A DNA stretch of 64,000 nucleotides from Camelus dromedarius (taxonomy: Eukaryota). Both the position numbers and the translations under genes were made by a program. The first letter of the stretch is position 1. Every line of letters starts with the position of its first letter. This document shows positions 52,725-64,000 of this stretch, piece by piece. The notes beneath the pieces were generated by a model. It did not search any database and had not been told where the DNA came from. It was given only the letters and a program-made list of their open reading frames with translations. The DNA is taken from positions 11,720,001-11,784,000 of the forward strand of contig NC_087437.1 of NCBI RefSeq assembly GCF_036321535.1, written 5' to 3'.

Positions 52725-54535
52725 AAGTCAGTCCATCCTAAAATTTCTATGGACTCTCAAGGGACTCCAAGTAGTCAAAAACAATCTTGAAAAAGAATTT
52801 TTCAATTCAATCTTGAAAAAGTTGGCGGTCTCACACATTCTGATTTTGACGCTTACTTACAAAGCTACAGTAATCAAAAATATGTGTTACTGGCATAAAG
52901 ACAGGCATAGAGACCACCGGAATGGAAATAATCCCTTGCATGTCTAGTCAAATGATTTTTGACAAGGGTCTCAAGACAATTCAGTGGGGAAAGAATAGTC
53001 TTTTCAAAAAGTGGTTTTGAGAAAACTGAGTATCTCCTTTTTTTTTTCTTCTTTTCTGTTATTGAAGTACAGTTGATTTACAGTGTTATATTAGTTGCTG
53101 GTGTACAGCATAATGATTCATAGTCTTTTCCTTTACAGGTTACTACAAGCCATTAAATATAGTTCCCTGTGCTACACAGTAGGACCTTGTTGCTTATCTA
53201 TTTTGTACATAGTAGTTTGGATCTGCCAATCCTAAACTCCCAATTTATCCCTCCCTCTGCTTTTTCTACCCGGGTAACCATAAGTTTGTTTTCTATGTCT
53301 GTGAATCTCTTTCAGTTTTGTAAATATATTCATTTCTGTTCATTTTTTTAGAGTCCATATATAAATGATATCATATGATATTTGTCTTTCTCTGACTGAC
53401 TTACTTCACCTAGTATGATAATCTCTAGATCCATCCATGTTGCTGCAAATGACATTATTTCATTCCTTTTTTGGCTGAGTAGTATTCCATTGTATATACA
53501 TTATATATATCACATTTTCTTTATCCATTCATCTGTTGATGGACGTTTAGGTTGCTCCCATGTCTTGGCTATTGTATGCAGTGCTGCTATAAACATTGGG
53601 GTGCATGCATTTTTTTCAAATTAGAGGAGATAACTGAATATCTTCATGCAAAAAAAAAAAAGTTGTACCCCATACCTTACACCATATACAAAAATTAACT
53701 CAAAATTGATCAAAGATCTAAGTGTAACAGCTGAAAAGATAAACTTGTTAGAAGAAAACAGAGGGTAAAATCTTCATGTTATTGCACTTGGCAATGATTT
53801 CCTAACTATGACAGCAAAAGAACAAGCAACAAAAGAAAAAAAAACAGATAAGCTGGAATACATCAAAATTAAAAATGCCTGTGCCGCAAAGGACACACTC
53901 AGACTGGAAAGGCAACCCATGTAATGGGAGAAAATATTTGCAAATCATATATCTGATAAGGAGTTAATATCCAGAACACATAAAGAACTCCTACAACTCA
54001 ATGACAATAACAGAAAATAAAAAATTAAAGCATGGGCATAGGACTTAATAGACATTGTCCCAAAGAAATGGCCAATAAACATATGAAAAGATGCCCAGCA
54101 TCACTAAGTATTCGGGAAATGCAGATCAAAATCACAATAATATTCTACCTCACACTCATTAGGTTGCTACTATCAAGGGAAAAAAAAACCCAGAAAATAA
54201 CAAGTGTTGGCAAGGATATAGAGGAACTGGAACCTGGATGTACAGTTGGTGAGAATGCAAAATGGTGCAGAATCTGGAGAATGGAGTTTCCTCCAAAAAT
54301 TAAACATAGAGTGACCATGTGATTCAGAAATTCCACTTCTACATGTATACCCAAAAGAACTGAAAGAAGGGTGTTAAATAGATGGTTGTACATCCACAGT
54401 CATAGCAGCATTAGTCCCACCCACTAGAATAATTGATATGACCATGTTACTATATATAAATATTGAATGATTACATTGTACACTTGAAATTGATATGGTG
54501 TCATATGTCAAATATATCTCAGTTAAAAAAAAGAA
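52725..54535 (+). mobile_element. Older L1 (L1MB/MC-like) ORF2 3' half, interrupted at 53038-53626
   Basis: tacaaagctacagtaatcaaaa, caccatatacaaaaattaactcaaaa; ORF piece MANKHMKRCPASLSIREMQIK. Confidence 0.85.
53038..53626 (-). mobile_element. 5'-truncated L1 3' end nested in the older L1
   Basis: 19-bp TSD with 3 mismatches gagaaaactgagtatctcc/gagataactgaatatcttc (53019-53037/53627-53645). Confidence 0.9.
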
Positions 54536-57040
54536 CATTTCCATTACCCTAGGAAATCTCTGAATGCTCCCTTGTAGTCAATTCCTGTTCCCTCTTCCCC
54601 ACTTCCCATCGGCAACTAATACTCTGATTTTTTTTAACCATATATTAGTTTTGCTTATTCTAGAACTTCAGACACATAGAATCCAAGAAAATGTTCTGTA
54701 TAAGGTGTCTTTCTGTCAGCACAGTATTTTTGAGATTCAGTAGTCAGTAGTGTTCCATTGTATAAACATGTGGCAGTCTGTTTATCCATTCTTCTAATGA
54801 TGACCTCCTGAACTGTTCCCAGTTTTGGCTATTACGAATAAAACTACCATGAATTCATATTATTTTAATGGACATTATTATAATACGAAGTTATTCAATT
54901 CAACAGCATGGGATATATTCCCATTTACGGTAATTTTCTGTCTTTTACTTGTTTGTAAATTTTTTTCTCCTTAGAGTATTTGTGTATTTTTTGTTATTTC
55001 TGGATATATTATCATTTTTGTTCCTATCAGGCAGGACTGGTTTTTAATTTTTATTTATAATTTCCATTTAGTTGTATATAGGGTAGAGGGATTTTTTTTC
55101 TAAGATAATCTTGTATCCACCAATTTTACTGAACTCTTTTCATTATTTGTGGTAGTTTAAAAATTTATTTGGTTTTCTAGGTACATCATCACTACCATCT
55201 CCAAACAACGACAGTATTATCTCTAACTCTCCCATCCTTAGACTGCTTAGTTTTTCATTCATAGCATCAGTTAGGACTTAAGCAGCAGTGATGAGAATGG
55301 CCACCCTTGTCCTGTCCATCACATAAGAATGCACTTGGAATTTGTCCATGAACTTGTATTTCCTCTAATTTTTTGTTTGTTTTATAAACATTAGCAAGTA
55401 GATGAGAGTCTGGGGTTTACTATCATAAATAGATGTTGAACTTTATCAGGTACTTCTTTCCTAAATCTTCTGAGACAGTTTCTAAAGCTTCATAGTTTTC
55501 TCCTTGTATGTGGCGACTCACACTGATAGATAATCTACAGGTGAACAGTTCTCTTATCCCCGAGGTAAATCCTACTTGATCAAGATTAATTACTTTTAAC
55601 ACACTTTTTGATTTATTTGGTTTACATTTTATTTAGAACTTATTGATTCTTATATTGTTGAATGAATGAGATGGCTTATACTTTTTGTGTTCCAATTCTT
55701 ACTTTTTATGCTTCTAGAACAATTGATTTATCCATCTAGTTTTTATGTTTATCAGCATACAATTTTTCACAAATTCCCTTCTGCCATCTTAAACATTTTT
55801 ATCTGTGGTTATTATTATTTTGTTTATTTTCATATACTCCAGTATCATGGACCACTTTTGCCGTGTCTTTTTAATCTTTTAAAAGAACCACCTTTTAATT
55901 TTGTTATACTTTCTATTGATTTAAAAAATATATCATTCTATTGTTTTCTTATCTTTATTATTTCTTTCAATCATGTTTCTTTGGATTTACATTGTTGTGA
56001 TTTTTTCTAACTTCATGAGTTGAAGTTTTAGCTTGTGGGTTTTAACTTCTTTTATTTCCTGGTCAATGTATTTAAAGCTATAAATATCTCTCCATGCATA
56101 ATAAATTTGGACATGGAGTGCTTTATTGCCAATTGATTTGAAGTATTTCATTATTCCTTTTTTATCTTTATTTATTTATTTTTTATATTTTATTTATTTA
56201 TTATTGTATTATTTAATTACTTTATTTTGGTGTGGGGGGAAGTAATTAGGTTTGCTTATTTTTGGAGTAGGTACTAGGGATTGAACCCAGCACCTTGTAC
56301 ATGCCAAGCATGTGCTCTACTACTTGAGCTATACCTTCCCTCCTCATTATTCCTTTTTTAGTTCAAGGATATATAGCAATATATCATTTAGTTTCTACAC
56401 ATACAGGAAGTTCTAAAATCTTGCCATTTATTATTAATTTCTAATTTTATTGCATTCTGAGAATATAGTCAATATGATGGTAAGTCTGTGGAATTTATTG
56501 TAGTTAATTTTTGTGAATATTTCTCATGTCTCAGAAAGAGTATGCTTTCCCTGTTTTTTTGGTTTTTTAATTCTAGGTTTTATATATATATATCTAATAC
56601 CTGGAATTTATTAATTGAATTGTTCTGATTTTTCATATGTCTACTTACTTTTTGTCTGTTTCCAAGTTCCAAGTTTCTGATTAATGTATGAAAATCTGCA
56701 ACTACAATGATTGAAAAATATATTTCTCTCTAGATTTTTGAAATACTCTGAAGCTGTACTGTATTGTGAATATAGGTTTATGGTGGCTATAATTCTCATT
56801 CTATTATGTCTTTTATCAGTATGTAGTATTTCATTTTTATCCCTTATTCTATTTTTTGCCTTAAATTGAATTTTTGCCAAATATGAAGATTTCTATTCTA
56901 GTCTTCCTTTGGTTAATATTTTTATATCTTTGTTCATTCTTTCATTTTCGGTCTTTCTGATCTTTTATTTTCAGTGTGACTCGTAAACAACACACTGTTA
57001 GACCTTGTGTTTTAAAAAAATCCCTGGCTGACTTGTCTTA
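54536..57040 (-). mobile_element. Ancient L1 (L1MC/ME-like) 3' UTR piece plus ORF2, up to the ORF2 start
   Basis: Antisense L1 text: caccaattttactgaactc, gtgatgagaatggccacccttgtc, gtaaacaacacactgttagaccttgtgtttt. Confidence 0.7.
56164..56343 (-). mobile_element. Camelid tRNA-derived SINE
   Basis: aggtactagggattgaacccagcaccttgtacatgccaagcatgtgctctactacttgagctatacc; 16-bp TSD tcattattcctttttt at 56148-56163 and 56344-56359. Confidence 0.9.
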
Positions 57041-59494
57041 TCTCCAGCTCTTTCTGTCTCATTTTGTTTGCATGTTACACAAGTTCTTACAGATGTTCTC
57101 AGCAGATGGTTGGGCTGATACCAGCTACTCTGTCACATCTGGAAACAAAAGAAACACATTTTTTTAATTTTAAAAAAAGTCAACTTATTTGTTTCAACTA
57201 AATGAGATTAAGGCCATTTTAGAAGGAAACAGTGAACTTTTCAAGGAAGAGTCTCTGTAGCAGTTTGACACCGGAAGGATAACACATGAGTTAGTTCAGA
57301 ATTCTGTAAATGTAAGTGAATACAGTTCACCAAGCATTCTTGTCATCCATGTGGTTTTTAACCTCAGAATCTTCTTTACTTAATATAAATAGCAGATACT
57401 GCATGTGAAAGTTTACATTATAAAGACAATATTAAAATTTGTCACATTCCCCAAACTGATTCGCTGTGCACAAGGCATTGCATACGTGGTATGAATGACT
57501 TTCCTGAATGCAAATGTAAATATTCATTTTGCCCACAATTCAAAGATAGGTCCAAGAATTTCAAGGCTCATGTTTTACAAATCTCCTATGTCTCTACCAT
57601 TATGACTAAAGCTGATAAATCAATTCCCATGTGACATATTTAGACAGAACCTTGGTGAAAATGGCTTTGTAAATTTTATCTCCTATAAACTAATGTTGAT
57701 AGACCTAGGGCAGTCTGTTGTGTAAGATGACTTTAAAAATGTTCTCGCAAGAGCTTTTTTTTTTTTTTTTTTAATGCATTCAATCCCTTTCAAATACCTT
57801 TTTGAATACACAGAATTGCTAAAAATGAATACTGAGAAAACATGGTAAATATAGATAGTTCATCCTTGGCTCTACACCCACACTGTCTTGGACATAACTA
57901 TCCAGAAAGATGGTGAGGGGGTAGGGAGAGGCCAGTAAAAGACACTACCATAATCCCAGCCAATTTTTGCAGAAACCCAAGAATAAACTTCTTGCAGTGA
58001 TAACATGGGATAGAAGAGATGGGGCAAACAAGTATTTGAGATGGCATGATTTATCTGCCCTGGCTGCAACCAAGGTGTGGAAGAAATAAAAAGCACAGCT
58101 GGCATTCAAAGCTCTGCACACAGGTCAAGTTCAACCACTCTTACGCAAAATCCCAACCCCAACCCTTATAATCATGCCCTTTGTCTGCTGCATAAACTTC
58201 TCCCAGTCTATTCTCCAGTCTGCCCCAAGATGGCACTAACAAGACTTCTCCTTGTCCGTGCTTGGTTAACTTTTCATGTTACATACATAAATCTTGTCTC
58301 ATTTTAGTATCATGACACGCAATGACTTTTACTGAAGTCATTGGGACTGAGTAATTTACTGAGGCGACTGGTATGTGCAAGTTCATTTTTTCTGGGACCT
58401 CAGCTCTACTTGGTTGAAAACCAACTGTGATCTTGACTTGTCTCACACATAAAGTCACGGGTGTTGAAAAATTACAAAATTAATCTCTTTCTTATGTAGC
58501 TCATTGACTGGGAAGGAATCATTCAACATTATACCCAGCACATTCTATTTCTCATTAATTAAGAATACTCACAATCATAATGACTGTTTTTTTTAACAGC
58601 TTCCCTTAAATCATAGATTTATATTTATTTATACACACATAAGAGTCTAATACAAACAATGTGTAATAGTTTAATATATTTTCCAAAATGATATAATTCT
58701 TTTCCTAGAATAATAAAGTAGATATAATAAAATTCTCTTCTTTCTGCCATCTCCCATCAGAGATAATCCCTTTGTTCTTTTTGATTAAAACAAATAAATT
58801 ATAGAATAAACACCAGTTGCTAAGGTTAAAGGGTGAGTTTAAATGAATAAAGTCATCCCATCTATGTAGTATGCACATTAAAGTAAGTGCTTTTTCTTTA
58901 TACCTCTGGTAGAAATTAACCCTAGTCCTAACCACTTTTCATAAAACTATAGGACTCTAGATTCTCATTTAGCATAATGTTAATTTGACCAAGTTACTGA
59001 CACTATTTGAACAGAAGGGTGTTGCCACAGTGGGATTGTGATGTTCCAAGTTAAAGACAATATGGCTTTATTCCTCAAACTCAGAAAACATGCATAAATA
59101 AAATTATTAGTGCCTAAAAATGATTATTACAATTTACTAAGTTCACTTACAAATAGTATACCATTTATACAAACAAAGATCAAAAGACAGGTTATGGGAA
59201 TTAAGGCTCTTGATAAGCCCAGAAGCAGAGGTACAGTTACAACTTAAGAGAAGCTTTCAAATTAAGGGGACTTTTCAAAGAGGATCTTCACCATGAAATG
59301 ACAACCAGATATGAAAATGTGTGTAACTTGGGTTTACTTTAGGGAATTATTTTTCAAGAATATGGCTTACTAAACTATGTGACTGAGGTGGGCTAAAAAT
59401 CCATGATAAAATTCTCATTTCTCAGTTCTGTCTTAATGAAGGATGAGGTGAAGGATGCTTAACTCAAAGTCCCAGTTCTGAGGGCTTTACATGT

Positions 59495-59640
59495 GCATAT
59501 TGGGGTCCCTGGCCCCCCTGAAATTACATGCACCGTCCATGCAAAGAGGAAACGTGTCTATGCAGAAGGCTCATAGTTGGCATCAGATGCTCAGAAGGGT
59601 CCGTGCATGATTCCTCCTCTCTCTGCAAAATTACAAACTA
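59495..59640. mobile_element. Degenerate hAT-Charlie MITE (MER117-like)
   Basis: cccctgaaattacatgca...catagttggcatcagatgctcagaagggtccgtg. Confidence 0.5.
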
Positions 59641-60448
59641 GTGGATAAAATTATTTCATAGAGTTCTTGTTAACAGCACCTAGAGTGCAGGCATACATCT
59701 ATTTCTTCCTTTACTGCAGTATGCAGTGACAGAAAATCATCCTATGGATTGATATGCAGGGCAAAAAGAGTATATTATAAACAAAGAAGGTCCCCCCACC
59801 TTTTAAAAACATTCATGCCTAAATGAACCACTACTTCTAAATAACTGTTACCTGGCAAGTTTCCCAGATAAAATTGTGATGATACACAACCTGGAAAATA
59901 ATCAAACTTTGACTCAGACAGAGGTCATACACTCCCATCTTCTTGAAGATTATTTCAATTTTAAAATCATTAAGCAAGAGAAAATCCCAAGTTTGATCAA
60001 GTGAATCTAAAGATTTGGACTTGCAAAAGGGGTTGAACCTAAAGACATTTAAAACTAAACTTTTTTTTTTTTTAATCTGCCAAAGCATTCTCGAGAACAC
60101 TTCGATGTCGCTGCACTTCGGGAATGTTGAAAGATGAAGACTTAAAGTTAGATTTCATTATGAGAAAAACTAAAGCTGCTGTCATTGCTGCTTTGCTTTC
60201 ATGCTACATATTTTCCTCTCAGATAAGTAGGCCATAAACTCAATAGATGAGTTACTTATCCAAGTCTGTTTACAACATCTTTCAAATCCAGTAAACGCTG
60301 CTGTCAATTTATTTCTTTGCAGGAATCCTAAGTCAACAGTCTTAGCCGGTTGAGCAATCCTTGGCAGGGCGGAGAGCAGTAAATCGTGTTTTATTACTGC
60401 AAGCTACTTGAAGCTATAGGGTTATCTGAAACGTTTTACCACTCTGTC

Positions 60449-60622
60449 GGTAATTTTGCATTCACAGGTCTATAATCCATTAATTCTGATGAAATTTTAG
60501 AACTGGGCCTTTGCTAGTAATAATAAAAAAAAATATGGCTGGTCCTCCCCTTCATCACACCCTCCCCACCACCCTCCCCACACCCCTTCTCCCACCCACT
60601 CTAATTGTCATGTTCAAACCCT
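60449..60622 (-). repeat. Copy 2 of the 174-bp inverted duplication (partner 46894-47067)
   Basis: Reverse complement of copy 1; shared chance peptide NMAGPPLHHTLP.TLPTPLLPPTLI in the ORF track. Confidence 0.92.
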
Positions 60623-61171
60623 TTGCTTCTTGTACATACTCTTACAGGACCCTTGGGCTGGTTGTAAAAGTGCTTGGCTTGCACATTATTTTTGTGGGTA
60701 CAGTATTTTGTAGTTGCTGGACCACTGTGCTCTGGTATGAAATGTTGCTGTGAAAAGGAAGGGTCTGATGCTTCGTTTTCTTCCCAATTTAAGGAAATTG
60801 ATCTTATCTTGCTGCTCAAAAGATTCTTTATTTTTAAACTGTAATAATTTTAATAGTATACATCTTAATATTGACCATCCTGGGTTAATTTTACCTGTAT
60901 TATGGTGTTCCTTTTTAATATATAAAATTTAATTTTTATTAATATAAAGAAAGTTTAATTAAATTATACTTTATCATATTTGTTCTATTCTACTGTTTTA
61001 GCTTTCTTCAGAAATTCCACTTAATGGGTATGTTTTACTTCCTTTGCTGTCTTCTATAGCTATCTTTTTCTTTCCTAATCTTTTTATTTCTTTTATTGCT
61101 TTTGCATCTTTTTATTTGATTGTTCCTTTTGCATCTTCTATATTCTGTGTTTTTTATAGTGTCTATTTTCT
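60623..61171 (-). mobile_element. Ancient L1 ORF1-region fragment
   Basis: tgggctggttgtaaaagtgcttggc...ccactgtgctctgg...tgttgctgtg...gtctgatgc resembles antisense L1ME ORF1. Confidence 0.55.
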
Positions 61172-61630
61172 TTTTAACATTTTTTAATTCTTATACAATA
61201 TTTAAAGATTACTTTCCATTTACAGTTATTATAAAATATTGGCTACATTCCCTGTGTTGTACAATACTTCCTTGAGTCTATCTTACACCCAATAGTTTGT
61301 AACTCCTACTTCCCTGACCCCTATATTGCCCCCCTCACTGGTAACCACTAGTTTCTTCTCTATATCTGTGAGTCTGCTTCTGTTTTGTTATATTCACTAG
61401 TTCATTGCATTTTTTAGATTCCACATGTGAGTGATATCATACAGTATTTGTCTTTCTCTGTCTGACTTATTTCACTTAGCATAATACCCTCCAAGTCCAT
61501 CCATGTTGCTGCAAATGGCAAAATTTCATTCTTTTTTATAGCTGAGTAGTATTCCATTGTATATATATGTGTGTATATACACATATATATACATACTACA
61601 TTTTCTTTACCTATTCATCTGTTGATGGAC
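61172..61630 (-). mobile_element. 5'-truncated L1 3' end
   Basis: Same family as 1-532; TSD core tctattttct on both sides. Confidence 0.88.
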
Positions 61631-61817
61631 TATATCTATTTTCTCTTGCAGTCCTTGTATTTATTCAGAATGATTTCATGTCTTTTTTCTGTATCTTCCC
61701 TGAGTTTTACCAGCTACTGTTTCACTGTCACCTGTTGTCTGGCTCCACTTTTCTCTGACTCTTGTCTCTGCTTTGTGGTCTTCATTCCTGGACTTACTGC
61801 ATTACTAATACTTTAAT

Positions 61818-62107
61818 TAACAAATTCACAGACATAGGGAAAAAAAACATATTTTTCTCAAAGGGGAAGCAGAGGGAGGAAAAAATTGGGAGTTTTGGAT
61901 TGGCATATACAGACAACGCTATATAAAGTAGATAAACAACAAGATCCTACTGTATAGGATGGGGAATGGCATTCAGTATCTTGTAATAACCTATAATGAA
62001 AAAGAATATGAAGAAAAAATATTATATATAACTGAATCACTATGCTGTACACCAGAAACTAACACAACTTTGTAAATCTAATAAACTTCAATAAAATTTT
62101 TAAAAAA
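61818..62107 (+). mobile_element. L1 3' UTR fragment
   Basis: gataaacaacaagatcctactgtata...aactgaatcactatgctgtacaccagaaactaacacaac...cttcaataaaa. Confidence 0.88.
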
Positions 62108-62254
62108 TCATTTTTAAATTTCATGTTGGAAAATTGGTATCATTTTCATATGTAGGGAACTTTGCTGCTTTTTAATTTTGTTTTCTAACAGTATGGGTGG
62201 TGTGTTTATCTTTATCTTTTTCTTTACTCTTCTGATCCTTCCCCTTTCAAAAAA

Positions 62255-64000
62255 CAAACTTTAACTTTAAGAACAGTTTTAGATCTGCAGAAAAATTGTG
62301 AAGATACTAGAGAAAGTTCCTCTATATCCACACACAGTTTCCCTATTATTAACATATTACAGTAATACAGTACAGTTGTCACAGTTAATGAATCAATATT
62401 GATCCACTATTATTAACTAAAGTCCATGCATTCTTCAGGTTTCTTTATTTTTTTCTCTAAAGTCTTTTTACTGTTCCAGGACCCCATCCCGGATTGCATA
62501 TTACATATAGTTGTCATTCTCTTGAAAGTCAGTTTCTCAGATTTTTCTTGTTGTTCATTGACTTTGATGGTTTTGAGGAGTACTGGTCAAATATTTTGTG
62601 GACAAATTGGAATTTGTCTGATAATATTCTTATGAGTAGACTGGGGTTATAGGTTTTGGGGAGGAAGACCAAGGAGGTCAAGTTTCATTTCCTTTACATA
62701 AGAACAATGGTCGTTACTGTCAACATGACTTATCATTGTTGGCCTTGGCCTCAGTCTCCTGGCTAAGGCAATGTTTTCAGCTTTCTCCACTGTCATCTTA
62801 CTCTTTTTCTCCCCATTTCCATACTGTACTCTTTGGAAGGAAGTCTCTCTGTGCAGTCTACCTTAAGGAGTGGGGACTTGTGCAGCAGAGTAGCTACATA
62901 AATTATTTGCAATTTTTCTGCACAGGAGATTTGTCTCCTCGCCCCCATTTATTTATTTATTCAACCATCTACTTAGGTCAGTATTCACTCACGGTTATTT
63001 ATTTTATACTTTAAGTTTTAATTCAATACTGCTTTATTTGGATGCTCAAATTGTTCTACTTTTGGCCACAGAGAGCTCTTTCTGTTGACTCCTGTGCCCC
63101 TTTGGCATATTCCTGTCATTGTGGGTTATTTATTTATTTGCACATTCTTACTTTCTGGCATCATAAGATAATCTAGGCTCATCTTGTGTGTTTTCTGCCC
63201 CACCTCTGAGAATCTACCATTTCTCCAAGAAGCTGTGGGTCCTTGTGTTGGAGAACGCTATTAGAAATCAAGATCTTGGCACTAAGGATGCTCGTTACTG
63301 CTGGAGCATTTATGCTTCCAGTCCCTCTCAAATGACAGAACAAGGAAATATATGTGTGTGTATGCTAACCTGGATACCCACACATCTATAACTCTTTCTA
63401 TATATAGCCATTGTATCTATATGGAATTCAACATGACTTTATACTGTTGTCTCTCCAACTCCCACCCGTTACCTCATGGTTCATTCTAGCCTCTTCCTCT
63501 TGCTGATCTGTAGTCCCCAACTCCAGCAGTGACAAACCTGGCTCCCACAACCTGCCGTCCACTTGCCCAATCGTTCGATTCCAGCATGCACGTGTAGCAC
63601 CACCAGAATTGTTCATCTGCATCCCCATTGTTGAAAAATAACTTTATCAATGAGAGTACAGTGATTAGATATAGTTTTTCTTTTTTTGCCCTTAATTTTA
63701 CAGACTCCCTTCATTTCCAAAGTTACTCAGGTCAATAACTTTCCCCCCAGTCCCCTCCTTAAATAAGATTCTTTCATACCTTTTAAATACAATTAGATTA
63801 TTGTCACATTCTGCATTCCACCTTAAATGAGTCTTTTAAAATTCTGCACACATTAAAGTTCCCTCTTAGTAATGTAAAAGTTCTATAGATTTTGACAAAT
63901 GCACAGTGTCATTTATCTACCATTACATATAGTTTTGCTGCCCTAAAAATTCCCTATGCTTTACTTATTTAATCCTCTCCCTTCTTAAACTGCTGGCAAC
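62255..64000 (-). mobile_element. L1MC/L1MD-like long 3' UTR, runs off window end
   Basis: acagttttagatctgcagaaaaattgtgaagat, tattattaactaaagtccat, ttgggaggaagacca, ttttgacaaatgcacagtgtcat. Confidence 0.8.

Overview
Mammalian, repeat-rich, non-coding DNA, most likely camelid (alpaca/llama/camel), judged from four tRNA-Ala-derived SINEs of the camelid Vic-1 type and the young L1 3' UTRs. I find no credible protein-coding exon, RNA gene, CRISPR array or prokaryotic feature. The longer ORFs are L1 ORF2p remnants or chance ORFs in repeats. Most of the window is layered transposon debris: L1 of several ages, L2, MIR, MaLR/ERVL/ERV1 LTRs, hAT MITEs and a decayed hAT-Tip100-type transposase. The most unusual structure is a local complex rearrangement between about 46.9 and 60.6 kb. 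It has three parts: (1) a 174-bp G-quadruplex-rich segment present twice in inverted orientation; (2) a ~380-bp copy of an old L1 piece with its first ~56 bp flipped; (3) a ~3.6-kb unique block that appears to interrupt an ancient L1 and may carry a displaced non-coding exon. Repeat family names come from recalled consensus sequences, not a database search, and boundaries of old repeats are approximate. I do not see evidence for a new biological system here.
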